A stretch of DNA of 64,000 bases, taken from the human T2T-CHM13v2.0 reference genome, Homo sapiens. The notes beneath the pieces were generated by a model, which was given only the letters and a program-made list of their open reading frames with translations, made no database searches and had not been told where the DNA came from. Position numbers and translations under genes: made by a program. The stretch lies in the NCBI RefSeq assembly GCF_009914755.1, contig NC_060944.1. One strand, 5' to 3'. Shown in pieces: positions 1 to 11,266 of the stretch (within the stretch, counting starts at the first letter, position 1; each line of letters opens with the position of its first letter).

Positions 1-531
1 TATAGAGGGCACATGTCAAAATTGGGATTGAAATTTTTTCTTAAAGTAATAAAAATTAGCACAGATTTGGTGAATATTCCCTGGGGGCAGGACTTTACAT
101 TTTGAAACTTTGAGGGTTATTGCACACGGCTTTGAAGAACCACTTTAAAAAGTGACATGGCCAGCAGTCCTCTGGAGATAACTGATGTGCACCCGCAATA
201 AAAACAAACGAAAAACAAACTCTCCTTGTGTTCTATGAATGAGGACTTGGATGAGGAATCAGTTTCCATTCATACGTGGAGTCAAAAAGTACCAATTGCA
301 AAAACCTGAGAAGTAAGATAAGATGGTGTACTCTGGAAAACCACATTGATCATTCACTAAGTGACCCCAGCGATGGCACTGACGTCAAAGACGCAAGAGA
401 AGAGCCTGAGTAAAACTGTCTCATCAGGAATGAGATGGACAAAGCGATGTTTCCAAGTCCATATTTTCTATATCACTCAAATATGCTATATGTCCAAACA
501 ACTTCAATGTTATTAATAGGCATTATTAATA

Positions 532-1075
532 TTTTTTTAAACCTTTATTTTAAGTTTATGGGTACACGTACAGGTTTGTTATATAGGTAAAATTGTGTCT
601 TGGGGTTTTGTTGTACAGATTATTTCATTACCCAGGCATTAAGCCTAATACCCATTAGTTATTTTTCCTGATCCTCTCCCTCCTCCCACCCTCTACCCTC
701 CAACAGGCCCCAGTGTGTGTTGTTCCCTTCTATGTGTCCGTGTGTTCTCATTATTTAGCTCCCACTTATAAGTGAGAACATGCGATATTTGGTTTTCTGT
801 TTCTGCATTTGTTTGCTAAGGATAATGGCATCTAGCTCCTTCCGTATTCCTGCAAAGGACATGATCTCGTTCTTTTTTATGGCTGTGTAGTATTCTGTGG
901 TGTATATGTGCCACATTTTCTTAATCCAGTCTATCACTGATGGGCATTGAGGTTGATTCTGTGTCTTTGCTATTGTGAATAGTGCTAAAAGGAACATAAG
1001 TGTGTGCATGTGTCCTTGCAATAGAACAATTTATATTCCTTTGGGTACATACTCAGTAATGGGATTGCTGGGTTG
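532..1075 (-). mobile_element. LINE-1 3' fragment, older primate L1PA subfamily (ORF2 C-terminus plus 3' UTR)
   Basis: ORF 755..1021(-) contains the L1 ORF2p C-terminal motifs 'ALFTIAK...[24 protein letters not shown]'. L1 3' UTR-type sequence and a T-rich tail lie at ~532. Confidence 0.93.
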
Positions 1076-1354
1076 ACAGACTTCTTCGTCTTGTCCCAGG
1101 AGCTTTCTCCATGGAGGGTGATCATAGTCTCTTTGAGAGAATTTCAAATCGAGGAAACAGGGAATCACTTTATATTTGAGCGCAAGTGTGGGTGTGTTTG
1201 TTTTGCTTTTTAAACATGAAATCAGGATCAATGATTGGAAATTATTAGTGGAGGTTGAAGGAACTCATCATTGATAAACACCTGCTGCTTGTGTATTGCC
1301 AGATAATACACAAAATTCAGATTTAATCAACAAATCTTGGAGTGTGTGTTAATA

Positions 1355-1530
1355 CACTTGTTCTCAATGTCTAATGTATAGCAGAATTGCCTGTGTAGTT
1401 TATTAAAAATACAAATTTCAGCTTGTCATATTCCAGCAGCTGGGATGGAATCAGGAGTCTGAATTTTGATCATGCACTCCACTATAGCTGTGATGGAGGG
1501 TGACTGAGGGCTATACTTTGAGAAACACTG
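1355..1530. mobile_element. MER5-type hAT-Charlie DNA transposon relic
   Basis: Degenerate MER5-like terminal inverted repeats ('gttctcaa' ... 'actttgagaaacactg') with the expected ~180-bp length. Confidence 0.6.
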
Positions 1531-1689
1531 GCCCTGGCGTGAGGAGGGGCCTCACAAGGAAGCAGCCATCATGCTGAGACCTGAGGAAGCATCCAGGGAG
1601 GACATCCATGCATGAAGATCCAGCATTAAGAAAAAGCATGGGCAACAGAATGCCACACAGCAGGGAAAATGGAGGAACTGGATTTATAT

Positions 1690-2335
1690 GTGGAGAGTGA
1701 AGAAGTAACTTTACCCAAAGGGAGATCTGGCCTATGTCCTTGGCTACTGGGAGTGATCTCTGGGTTCCTGGAATGTTCTTCCCTCTAGGAGTGTCCAATG
1801 TTTGCAGTCTAAACATGTGATTCATGATGAGGCCTTCGGGACATGCCACATCAGTCCCAACCTCTGGAGGAATTGGAGAACAAAGATACCAGCCTGACCT
1901 TGCAGGAGAGACAGGAGACCAAGGGCCAGCCACACAGACACTGATGGCTCTGGCTGGCAACATGCTGGAGTGTCCTCATGCATCCTACCTGGGAGGAGGT
2001 AACACCAGCCAGGCCTTTGTGGGGATTGATTAATGGGACCAGAAGCTTCCCCGTGGGACCCCTCCTAGACCTGCCCTAGCTGTCCCTCTTTTTGTCTGGT
2101 TCTAATTTGTGTCATTTTACTGTAATAAAACTGTAATTATAAATATAGCATTTTCCTGAGTTCCGTGAGTCACTCTTGTGAATTATCCATCCTGAGGGGG
2201 TTGTGGAAACCTCCAATTTTGTAGCCAGATGACCAGAAATGAGAGTGACCCTGCAGACCCCTGGACGTGTGTCAGAAATCTTGGCTGGCTTGGCCATCTG
2301 GAGAGCTGAGCTCCTAACCCTGAGTTTGACTAAGT
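1690..2335 (+). mobile_element. Solo LTR, MER21C/MER77-like
   Basis: Contains the block 'aataaaactgtaatt...tgagttccgtgagtcactcttgtgaattatcc..tgagggggttgtggaaacctccaattttgtagccag', typical of MER21/MER77-group LTRs. Ends are approximate. Confidence 0.65.
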
Positions 2336-2812
2336 CCTCTGCAATATTTCATCCTGAATGAGTCTCAGGAACACAGACTAAAAGAAAGAAATAAGTTTCA
2401 CAAAATTGAGATACCATTTACGCCAATTTTGAAAGAGGATAAAAGAATTCCATATACTGCTTTGTATTGTATATATTAACATATATACATATAATTCATA
2501 TTCTAACACTCAACATATATTTACATACATGTAAAGTGCATAGGTAAACACATATACATTTTATATATAAATCAATGTATTCATTTATATTTACATACAA
2601 AGTTTTAATATGGGAACAGAAGGATACCCACCAATTTCACAATAGTGGCTGCTTCTGGGGTCAGGATAAGAAAGTCAAATGACAAGCTCTTAACGTTTGT
2701 TAATTATGGGTGATGATGGGTGATGATTATTGGATGTTTGCACTATTGATAGTCCATATGTTTTTTGCTATTTAAAATTAATACTTTTTATAGTGGAGAT
2801 GGAGATAGTGGC

Positions 2813-3109
<297 letters not shown>

Positions 3110-4721
3110 TCGATAGTGGCATTTTCAAGCACTGTGAGGAGACCTTTGATGCTGGAGCTTGGGCAGGAATGGGAGAGCCCTGAGGGCAGGGCAGCCAGAG
3201 GACTAGTGGCTAGCTACATGGGTGAGTGGATATGCTAGCAAGTGTGGATGTTTTTCATGTCCTAGGACAACTTCTCCAAGGACATCCACATCAGGAGGGG
3301 TTTTCTAACTATTAAACCTGCAGAAGAAGGAGTCAGGAGCTGCTCATCTTTGGAAGTGCCTAGCAGTGGCTGGAGGACCTGGGATGCCCTGAGGGACAGT
3401 CAGCCAGGTAGGACACCTGCCAGGCAGCTGTGAGCCTGAGACTTTCCTTCCACGCAGAGCAGATTCCAGAGCCCCCCAAGCAGGAGCTGCCGCATGGCTG
3501 CATGGATCTTTCACCTTCTCAGACTGTCCCCCCATGACTTGGGAAGGCATAATTCTTGTGGTTGAATAAGAATGAGGTGAACGACAGAGGCCCCAGAAGC
3601 CACCTAAGATTGGAGGGCCCCACCCTCCTGCTGGAAACATCTACAAGGCCCTTTCCCCATCCTTCCAGCCCTGCTGACTTGCTTCTTGGGTGACTCCATG
3701 GTTTTTTGCCTCAGTCTAATTATGCTCAACAGTGGCACACGTCAGTAAAAACCCCATCTGGCTCTCACATCACAAAAGACTGTATACGCCTTGAAACTTA
3801 ATCTGTGCTGAGCTGAGCACATGCTGCTAAATCACAGGCCCCCGAAGAGTCAAGGTGACATGGCAGGCAGAGGGAAGACCAGCCGTCAGAACCCTCAGCA
3901 CCACGGGGCTACATTTCACCTTTAGTTGGGAGGAAACTGAAGGCATGCTTTCTGGTTTATCTGGATGTTCAGAGGAAATGAGGGAGGTCTGGAAACACAC
4001 ATTGAGACCAACCCTGTGCCAGGCACTGTGTAAGAAGCACTTCCCCTGGAAGGCATTATTGCCCAGCAATTTACACTTCATTTCTGTTTGATTTAGTTGA
4101 TGACCCTGTGAAATAGACCACAAGTCACAGATTCACTGTCTAAGAATCTGCAGGCCTTGTAAGCCCCCAAAATGCTTCATGGGACAATGTTAGTCACATG
4201 TCGAACTGGCGCTCCCAACTTCAGAACCTCCCTGTGCCTTTCCTGACCTCATAAAAGATTTCCAGGGGAGAGAAAACCCCAGGCAGGACAAGAAGTTTGT
4301 GGAAGCCTGGATTCCAGAATAGAGATAAATCTGATGTCAAAAAAGGTGTTTTAAATTTTTTTCAGTGAGCAGGTGGGTAGGTGGGTACAGACATGCCCTT
4401 ACTTTCTGAGTAAATGCTTTTTGAGAATCTGTGATGCCTGATTCCTGAGCTGAACATTAGAGAAACAGTGCTGGTCTACATAAGGGGAAATATATTTCTA
4501 AAAGTGTGGAATCGTTCTCATTTATAAAATGCTTATATTTGATAGTTCAGGATTTTTGCTTTTTAGGGTTTCACTAAAATTTAAGGTTACCAAGGATTAG
4601 AATTCTAGTTAGCACATAATTCTATATTCAAAATGTGCCAAAAGATGTGTTATTAGTGAGAGAAAAAATAATTTTGTGTAATTTAGAAGTTATCTGAAAG
4701 TTAATTCAAATTATGGACTTT

Positions 4722-5539
4722 ATTTTATTTTATTTATTTATTTATTTTTTTTTAAATTATTATTATACTTTAAGTTTTAGGGTACATGTGCACAATGCGC
4801 CGGTTAGTTACATATGTATACATGTGCCATGCTGGTGTGCTGCACCCATTAACTCGTCATTTAGCATTAGGTATATCTCTTAATGCTATCTCTCCCCCCT
4901 CCCCCCACCCCACAACAGTCCCCAGAGTGTGATGTTCCCCTTCCCGTGTCCATGTGTTCTCATTGTTCAATTCCCATCTATGAATGAGAACATGCGGTGT
5001 TTGGCTTTTAGTCCTTGCGATAGTTTACTGAGAATGATGATTTCCAATTTCATCCATGTCCCTACAAAGGACATGAACTCATCATTTTTTATGGCTGCAT
5101 AGTATTCCATGGTGTATATGTGCCACATTTTCTTAATCCAGTCTATCAATCATTGTTGGACATTTGGGTTGGTTCCAAGTCTTTGCTATTGTGAATAGTG
5201 CCGCAATAAACATACATGTGCATGTGTCTTTATAGCAGCATGATTTATAGTCCTCTGGGTATATACCCAGTAATGGGATGGCTGGGTCAAATGGTATTTC
5301 TAGTTCTAGATCCCTGAGGAATCGCCACACTGACTTCCACAATGGTTGAACTAGTTTACAGTCCCACCAACAGTGTAAAAGTGTTCCTATTTCTCCACAT
5401 CCTCTCCAGCACCTGTTGTTTCCTGACTTTTTAATGATTGCCATTCTAACTGGTGTGAGATGGTATCTCATTGTGGTTTTGATTTGCATTTCTCCGATGG
5501 CCAGTGATGATGAGCATTTTTTCATGTGTCTTTTGGCTG
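4722..5539 (-). mobile_element. Young L1 (L1PA2/L1PA3-like), 5'-truncated, ~820 bp
   Basis: ORF2p C-terminal Cys-rich region '[18 protein letters not shown]' (ORF 5133..5525). The 3' UTR has GAG rather than the Ta ACA diagnostic. Perfect TSD CAAATTATGGACTTT at 4707-4721 and 5540-5554. Confidence 0.97.
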
Positions 5540-6006
5540 CAAATTATGGACTTTAAAAAGGGGTTATTTATTAAAAAAGGTAGGAAGGAACCAGTAAATA
5601 GGGGAGAGAGATGTGAAGAACATTATGTGTATGAAGATGTGTTTTTGGTAGGAAAGGTTGTAGAGACAATAACTTTGTATGAGAAAGGATCTTGTATGGT
5701 AAATGCTTGTCCTAAAGTAAAATGCCTGGTTGTTTAAAACAAGGGATGTTTAGGACAAGTCAGAGAGTCCAAGCATGTCATAGATGGTCTGTGTAAGTCA
5801 TGAAGAGGACTTGTGTAGGAAAAGTAGAATATACATTTGATAAAAGTCATGAGAATGTGGATTTTTGCCTAAGTTTTGTTAAAGGATTGTTTTAAGTGAG
5901 ATAGGAAAAATCTAGAGGCTTGAACAAGTTGTGTAAGGTTTATTAAAAATTAATTATAAAAGAGATTCTGTGTGTGAACATATTGGCTAAAGTTAAAAAG
6001 GAAAAC

Positions 6007-6879
6007 TGGTAATTATACTTCACCCATATGCTAGCTTGCAAAGGATACAAGTTTTTGCTAGTACTAGTAGACACCTTTATTATTTATTGGCTGGGTTGAA
6101 ACTTACCTTACCGGAACAGAGAAGGCTAATGAAGTTATAAAGATTCTCTTAAAGGAAATAATCCCTCAGTATGGGGTACCCTAAAGCTGCCAAAGTGATA
6201 ACAGCCTGTCTTTTGTCTCCTAGAAAGCTCAAGGGGTTGCTAAGGCTCTCGGAATCAAATACCATTTACATTCATCATGGAGACCTCAATCCTCCAGAAA
6301 AGTGGAAAGAGCTAATCAAACTCTAAAACAGGTTTTAGCTAAGCTATGTCAGGAAACATCACAAACTTGGGTCAGCTTATCTGCCCATAGCCCTCTTAAG
6401 GATCCATAGTTCCCCTAGAGCAAAAATTAATATGAACCTACATGAAATGTTATATGGAAGGCCATATTAAACTAATGATTTATTACTGATCCAGAAATGG
6501 CCAGGCTAATAAAATACTTAGTTAGCCTAGGACAATTTCAGCAGGCTATACAAAAGTTTGGAACTCAAAGACTGCCGACACCAGGAACTAACCAGCAACC
6601 CAAAATCAGGCCAGGAGATAATGTACTTGTTGAAACATGGAAGGAGGGATCACCTGCTCAAAAATTGCAAACCAAATGGAAGGGACCATTTTCAGTGGAC
6701 TGGTCATGCCTTCTGTGGTCAAAGTAATAGGATTAGATGGTTGGATACATCTTTCCAGGGTCAAGCCTGAGACACCTGAAGCCCTGGACTTGGAATCTGA
6801 AGCTGTCATCAGCCAGTACACCTATGAACCTGTGGAAGACCTGAAGTACCTGTTTAAAAGACAGCCAAAAGATAAGTAA
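6007..6879 (+). pseudogene. Decayed retroviral pol integrase remnant
   Basis: Manual translation gives W*LYFT...LVLVDTF...GWVE...IIPQYGVP*SCQSDN...WRPQSSRKVERANQTLK. D(6197) and E(6305) are 35 residues apart. C-terminal 'KWKGPF' and 'GWIHLSRVK' appear in the ORF track. Multiple stops and frameshifts. Confidence 0.92.
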
Positions 6880-7119
6880 ATACTTCCCAAATTTCCTTGG
6901 TGTCTTTGTTGCATAGTTGCTGTAGGCTGGATAATAGTAGCCATTGTTATATTTTTACAATTAATTTCTTTCCTCCAAACAGATAGAATCACTTCCTTTC
7001 TAATAATTAAGCAAAGTAAAATGTTGTAATCCATTTTTGTAACAATCATTCCTGACAGGATAGGTATCCATCACCACCCCTACCCCAAAGTTCCCATTCT
7101 ATAGAACAAAATAACAAAT

Positions 7120-8902
7120 ATGTATTTTTTGTGTTCCATAATAGTCACCCATAGCCTGTGTATACTGGGACCAGGCATATGGGAATCAACTTTATTTTAC
7201 AACAGCTTCTCTTTAGCTCTCCATCAGTTAATGGATTCTGGGTATTTATTAAGAACTTTACATTTAATGGAAAGACTGTTAAATACCACCAGCCCCACTC
7301 TGGCAGAGGACTGTTGGCTTTGTTTATCTCCATCATCATCCCAATACTTTGCCATCTCAATCCCAGCCCAATCTTGGGCCTTTGAGAAAATAACCTATCA
7401 TTCCTAACTATAAGGGTGGAACTCCCTTCAAATTAATGAGCCTGGATGACTTATATGACTTCAAAATTATGTAAATGACAAGGGTTAGAATGACAGTATG
7501 AGTAGTAAACCTCCTCCAGTCCCATCAGAACAAACTTTCTGGGGTTACATCCCATTAGAAACCCATTTGGTGGCCAATATCAATGTACACAGAACTAAAA
7601 TTCCAGGTGCCACTTTATATTAAGAGAAGCCACAATTTTTGTCAGGCCCTGGAAACCTTGAAAAGTCATCGACACAACTGCACCCTGGAAATTAATCCCT
7701 CACATAATCATGTAAGCTATGCAGTTACCCAATCAGCATTATTTAGAAAACCTGTATGGTTTTCATGGAAATCATTCTGAGTTAAGGACACTTTAAAGGA
7801 TATACAGTCTAAGTACTGTCAAGGTAGGCCCACTAGCTGTGTTCACATTTTCCATTGGGAAGACTGTACTGATCCTCAGATATCTGGTTGCCTTTTGATT
7901 TCCCGGTATGAAAATAGCTTTGGGTGATTGTTGGAGGACACTAAGTGTAACTAACTCCATTCGGAAAACAGAACTGCTGGGGCAACTCGGGATACTTCCC
8001 AAGGTCCTTTCCAGCCTTTAACTGGGGCCATCTTAGCAGGGACCTTAACTACTTGGAAAAACAAAAATGGCAAGCTAACCCACATGTTCATCATAGAAAA
8101 CAATTTTTGTCTTGAACAACAAGGAGCTTTTTTTCCTGCGTGGAACTGGTTCCTACTTATGTTTACCAGCCAACTGGACTGGAACCTGTACACTTGTTTA
8201 TTTAGCCCTGGCAATTAATATAGCTCCCAATAACCAATTCCTCATTTTACCTTTGACTGCAACTGCCAGGCACAGATTAACCAGTCAACTCATACCCTTT
8301 TGGTAGGGCTAGGCGTAACAGCTGGAATAGGAACAGAGGTTAGCGGGCTTGCAACTTCCCTATCCTATTATCAATGCTTGTCCAAGGATTTTATGAAAAG
8401 CTTGGATGGCATTGCCTAAAGTATCGTCACCTTACAAAATCAGATAGACTTCTTGGCAGCAGTCACTTTATAAAATAGGAGGGGACTGGATCTCCCTAAT
8501 GCTAAAAAAGGTGGCTTATGTCTTTTTCCTAGAAGAAGAATGCTGCTTTTATGTCAACCAATCAGGATTTGTAAGGAATGCTACCCAGAAAAATTAGCTG
8601 ACTGGGCCTCTGATATATGACAACAGCTGTCCAAGTCATGGCACTCCTGATCAAAAATGCTAAGTTTGGGGTTCATGACTCCTTCCTCTAGCTGGCCCTT
8701 CATTAATGATGATACTTCCCTTGGTTTTCGGATGTTGTTTGTTAAATCTCTTAACCAAATTCATTTCCTCTTGCCTGGAGACCATCAAGCTGCAGATAAT
8801 GATGCAGCAAGGCTTCCAGGTAAAGACACCACCCCTGGACATCAAGAAGCTAGCCTCTCTCCACTAGACAGAGCAGGGCAGGATTTCTGTGATCCCCAAT
8901 AG
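7120..8902 (+). pseudogene. Decayed gamma-type retroviral env remnant (SU plus TM)
   Basis: SU CWLC motif (7312-7323), 'YLCLPANWTGTCTLV', fusion peptide-like 'LIPF..GLGVTAGIGTEVSGLATSLSYY', and an immunosuppressive domain followed by CX6CC, 'L*NRRGLDL..AKKGGLCLF/LEEECCFYVNQSG' (~8467-8567). Disrupted by stops and frameshifts. Confidence 0.92.
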
Positions 8903-9010
8903 GTAGGGACTGCACCCAATTCAGGATGAAGCAGTTACAGAAGAAAGACCGTCAGTCTCTCTGCCTGCCGTGAAGACTTTATGGGGATCACATCTCTCAT
9001 GGGGGAGAAA

Positions 9011-9651
9011 TGAGGCAGGAAAATAGGTACTGGGGGCAGGGAACCTAAGGCCAATTCACATTGACTTCCTAGAACTAAATCAAAAGGAAAAACCCAACTT
9101 TCCACATAACAAAAGAATAGAAGCTACTCCCTTTGCAATCCCCACCCCCTTTCTGCATGGCAGATGAGAAATGGAAAGTACCTCTGATGGCTTCCCTCTC
9201 ACAACCAATCAGAGTGGACACGAGCCTAGTTTTCATTTGCATAGGGGTGTAACTTTGTAACTTTACTTCAGCCTCTGATTGGTCCCCTCCCACAACCAGT
9301 CAGATGTTTGCGTAGGGTATAACTTTCTAAGTTCACTTCAGCCTCCGATTGGTCACCTTCTGAAACCAATCAGACTGGTCACAGGCCACTCCTTCATTTA
9401 CATAGAATGTAAACCAAGTAACCAATGGGACACCTCTAGAAGGTATTTAAACCCCAGAAAATTTTGTAACCTGTGATCTTGAGCCACTTGGTCGAGACTG
9501 CTCCCACTTTGTGGAATGTACTTTCATTTCAATAAATCTGTGGTTTTGTTGCTTCATTCTTTTATTGCTTTGTTTGTGCATTTTGTCCAATACTTTGTTC
9601 AAAATGCCAATGACTTGGAAAACTCGTAGTCAAGACCCTCCACTGTTAACG
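9011..9651 (+). mobile_element. MER51-like 3' LTR (ERV1)
   Basis: Starts TGAGGCAGGAAAATAGG...GGGAACCTAAGGCC directly after the PPT. CCAAT boxes at 9205, 9278(rc), 9348(rc), 9366 and 9422, TATA-like TATTTAAA 9444, AATAAA 9531. Ends ...CTCCACTGTTAAC. Confidence 0.88.
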
Positions 9652-9815
9652 GGAGGAGGATTAGAGGGAGGGAGAGGAAAGGAGGAGGAGGTTAAGGAGG
9701 AGGAGGAGGTATGGACAGAGGGAGAGAAGGAGGAAGAAAGCTGAGAGACAGAGAGTGAAGAAGTGGAGGTGGAAGGAGGGAGGAAGGAGGAGAGAGAAGA
9801 ATAAAGGAAAGAGTG
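9652..9815. repeat. GA-rich low-complexity tract
   Basis: GGAGGA/GAGA-rich purine run directly after the LTR. Confidence 0.85.
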
Positions 9816-11024
9816 AATGAGTCACTGTTTCTGGGTTGTGGGACTGGCTGTGGTTGTAGCTTGCCTGTCTCCCTGTCTCTGGCCCCTTAGGCCAACCACG
9901 GGATTCCTGGCCCCAGGATATTTGCAGCACTGGTGTTTGGAACTTCTTACTGAAGTCCATTCCAGAAGTTCTCCCTCTGACCCCACTCTCTGCTTCTGTG
10001 GCCCCCAGTCGGGTCCTGCTTCTGGCCTGGGATTTCACATTTAGATCTTTTGTCCAGTGACTAAACCTCAGCATGGCCCAGCAACTGGGGGCCTGGTATC
10101 TCTCTAGGTGCAGTGCCCATCGCGGCTGCTCCTGTTCTGGGGATTAGGCGGCCACTGACCTGTCCCCACTGGGGCCACCTTTCGGGGTCTTTGCAGCAGC
10201 ACTGTGCTCTCAGGTTTCTGGAAGAGGGTATTTCGGCAGAGATAACAGAATCGGCCAGCAGTACCTACCCATGTTTTCCATCCAATAAGCCATCACCTTC
10301 CAATTACCATAATGCCTGTAAGTGTAACAAAAGGCTCATTCTGGTGACAAATGTGGCCCTGCACTCTATGTCCCTTGAAGGATAAAAAGGTGTCTCAAAT
10401 TCTAGTTATGAATTCTGTCACTAGTTCTAATAAAAACTTGCAATAATTAAATTAGAAGCAGAATATAGCTTTTTTTAACATAAAAGGAGAAACAATTTTC
10501 TGAGATAAGTCAATTAAAAAAAAATGTAACTGCTTGTCCTATGTATTTATGAAGTAGAAACTCATTTTCCCATCCAATTTTAGCTTCTTATTTCATGTTG
10601 GGTAATAGGTACTTCTGATAAGAACAACACCCTCTGATGGAAATGTGAGTATTGTCTTATCCTCAAGTTCTCTTCAGACCCAGATCAAAGATTTAAAAAG
10701 GTCATTAAGGTTTGAATATTTCACTCAACTGACTCAGGCTAATTACAGACGGAGTGGTGGTTTGGCAGCTAACTCCATGGTTCCCCACCTTTCTGTGTCC
10801 TTCTTTTTATTTTTTATTATTCTTACCTAAATGCTGCCTACCCTTTACAAATAATTTGAAGATCTCCTCCTCCAGGAAGCCTCCAGGGATTGCCTCTGGA
10901 TGGATGGAGCTTTGCAGCTGGTCACCACTTGCCCTTCAACCTCCTGTCGACAGGGTTGTCCTCAGGATGGGTCAGGAGGAAAACATTCTCCATGTCTGTC
11001 ACCCGCCTTCTGTCACCCACCCCC

Positions 11025-11228
11025 TGTTATTAGGCTGTTCTTACATTGTTGTAAAGAAATACTGGAGACTGGGTAATTATAAAGAAAAAAAGTTTAATCA
11101 GCTCATAGTTCTGCAGGCTTTACAGGAAGCATGGTGCTGGCATTTGCTTGGCTTCTAGGGAGGCCTAAGGAAGCTGATGATCATCTCGGAAGGTGAAGGG
11201 GGAGTAAGCACTTCACATCATGAATGCA

Positions 11229-11266
<38 letters not shown>

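Larger units (their letters stand above)
4480..9010 (+). mobile_element. ERV1 (MER4-group, MER51-int-like) internal region, 5'-truncated, interrupted by L1 at 4722-5539
   Basis: AT-rich MER4-group-like segment, then integrase and env remnants, then a polypurine tract GGGGGAGAAA (9001-9010) abutting the LTR. The 5' boundary is approximate. Confidence 0.85.

Noticed and set aside
380-387. Perfect CRE palindrome TGACGTCA
   Set aside because: A single 8-mer with no CpG island or other promoter evidence, compatible with chance in 64 kb.
7120-8902. Possible syncytin-like captured env gene
   Set aside because: Numerous stops and frameshifts, including a stop in the ISD and a lost furin site. No long ORF.
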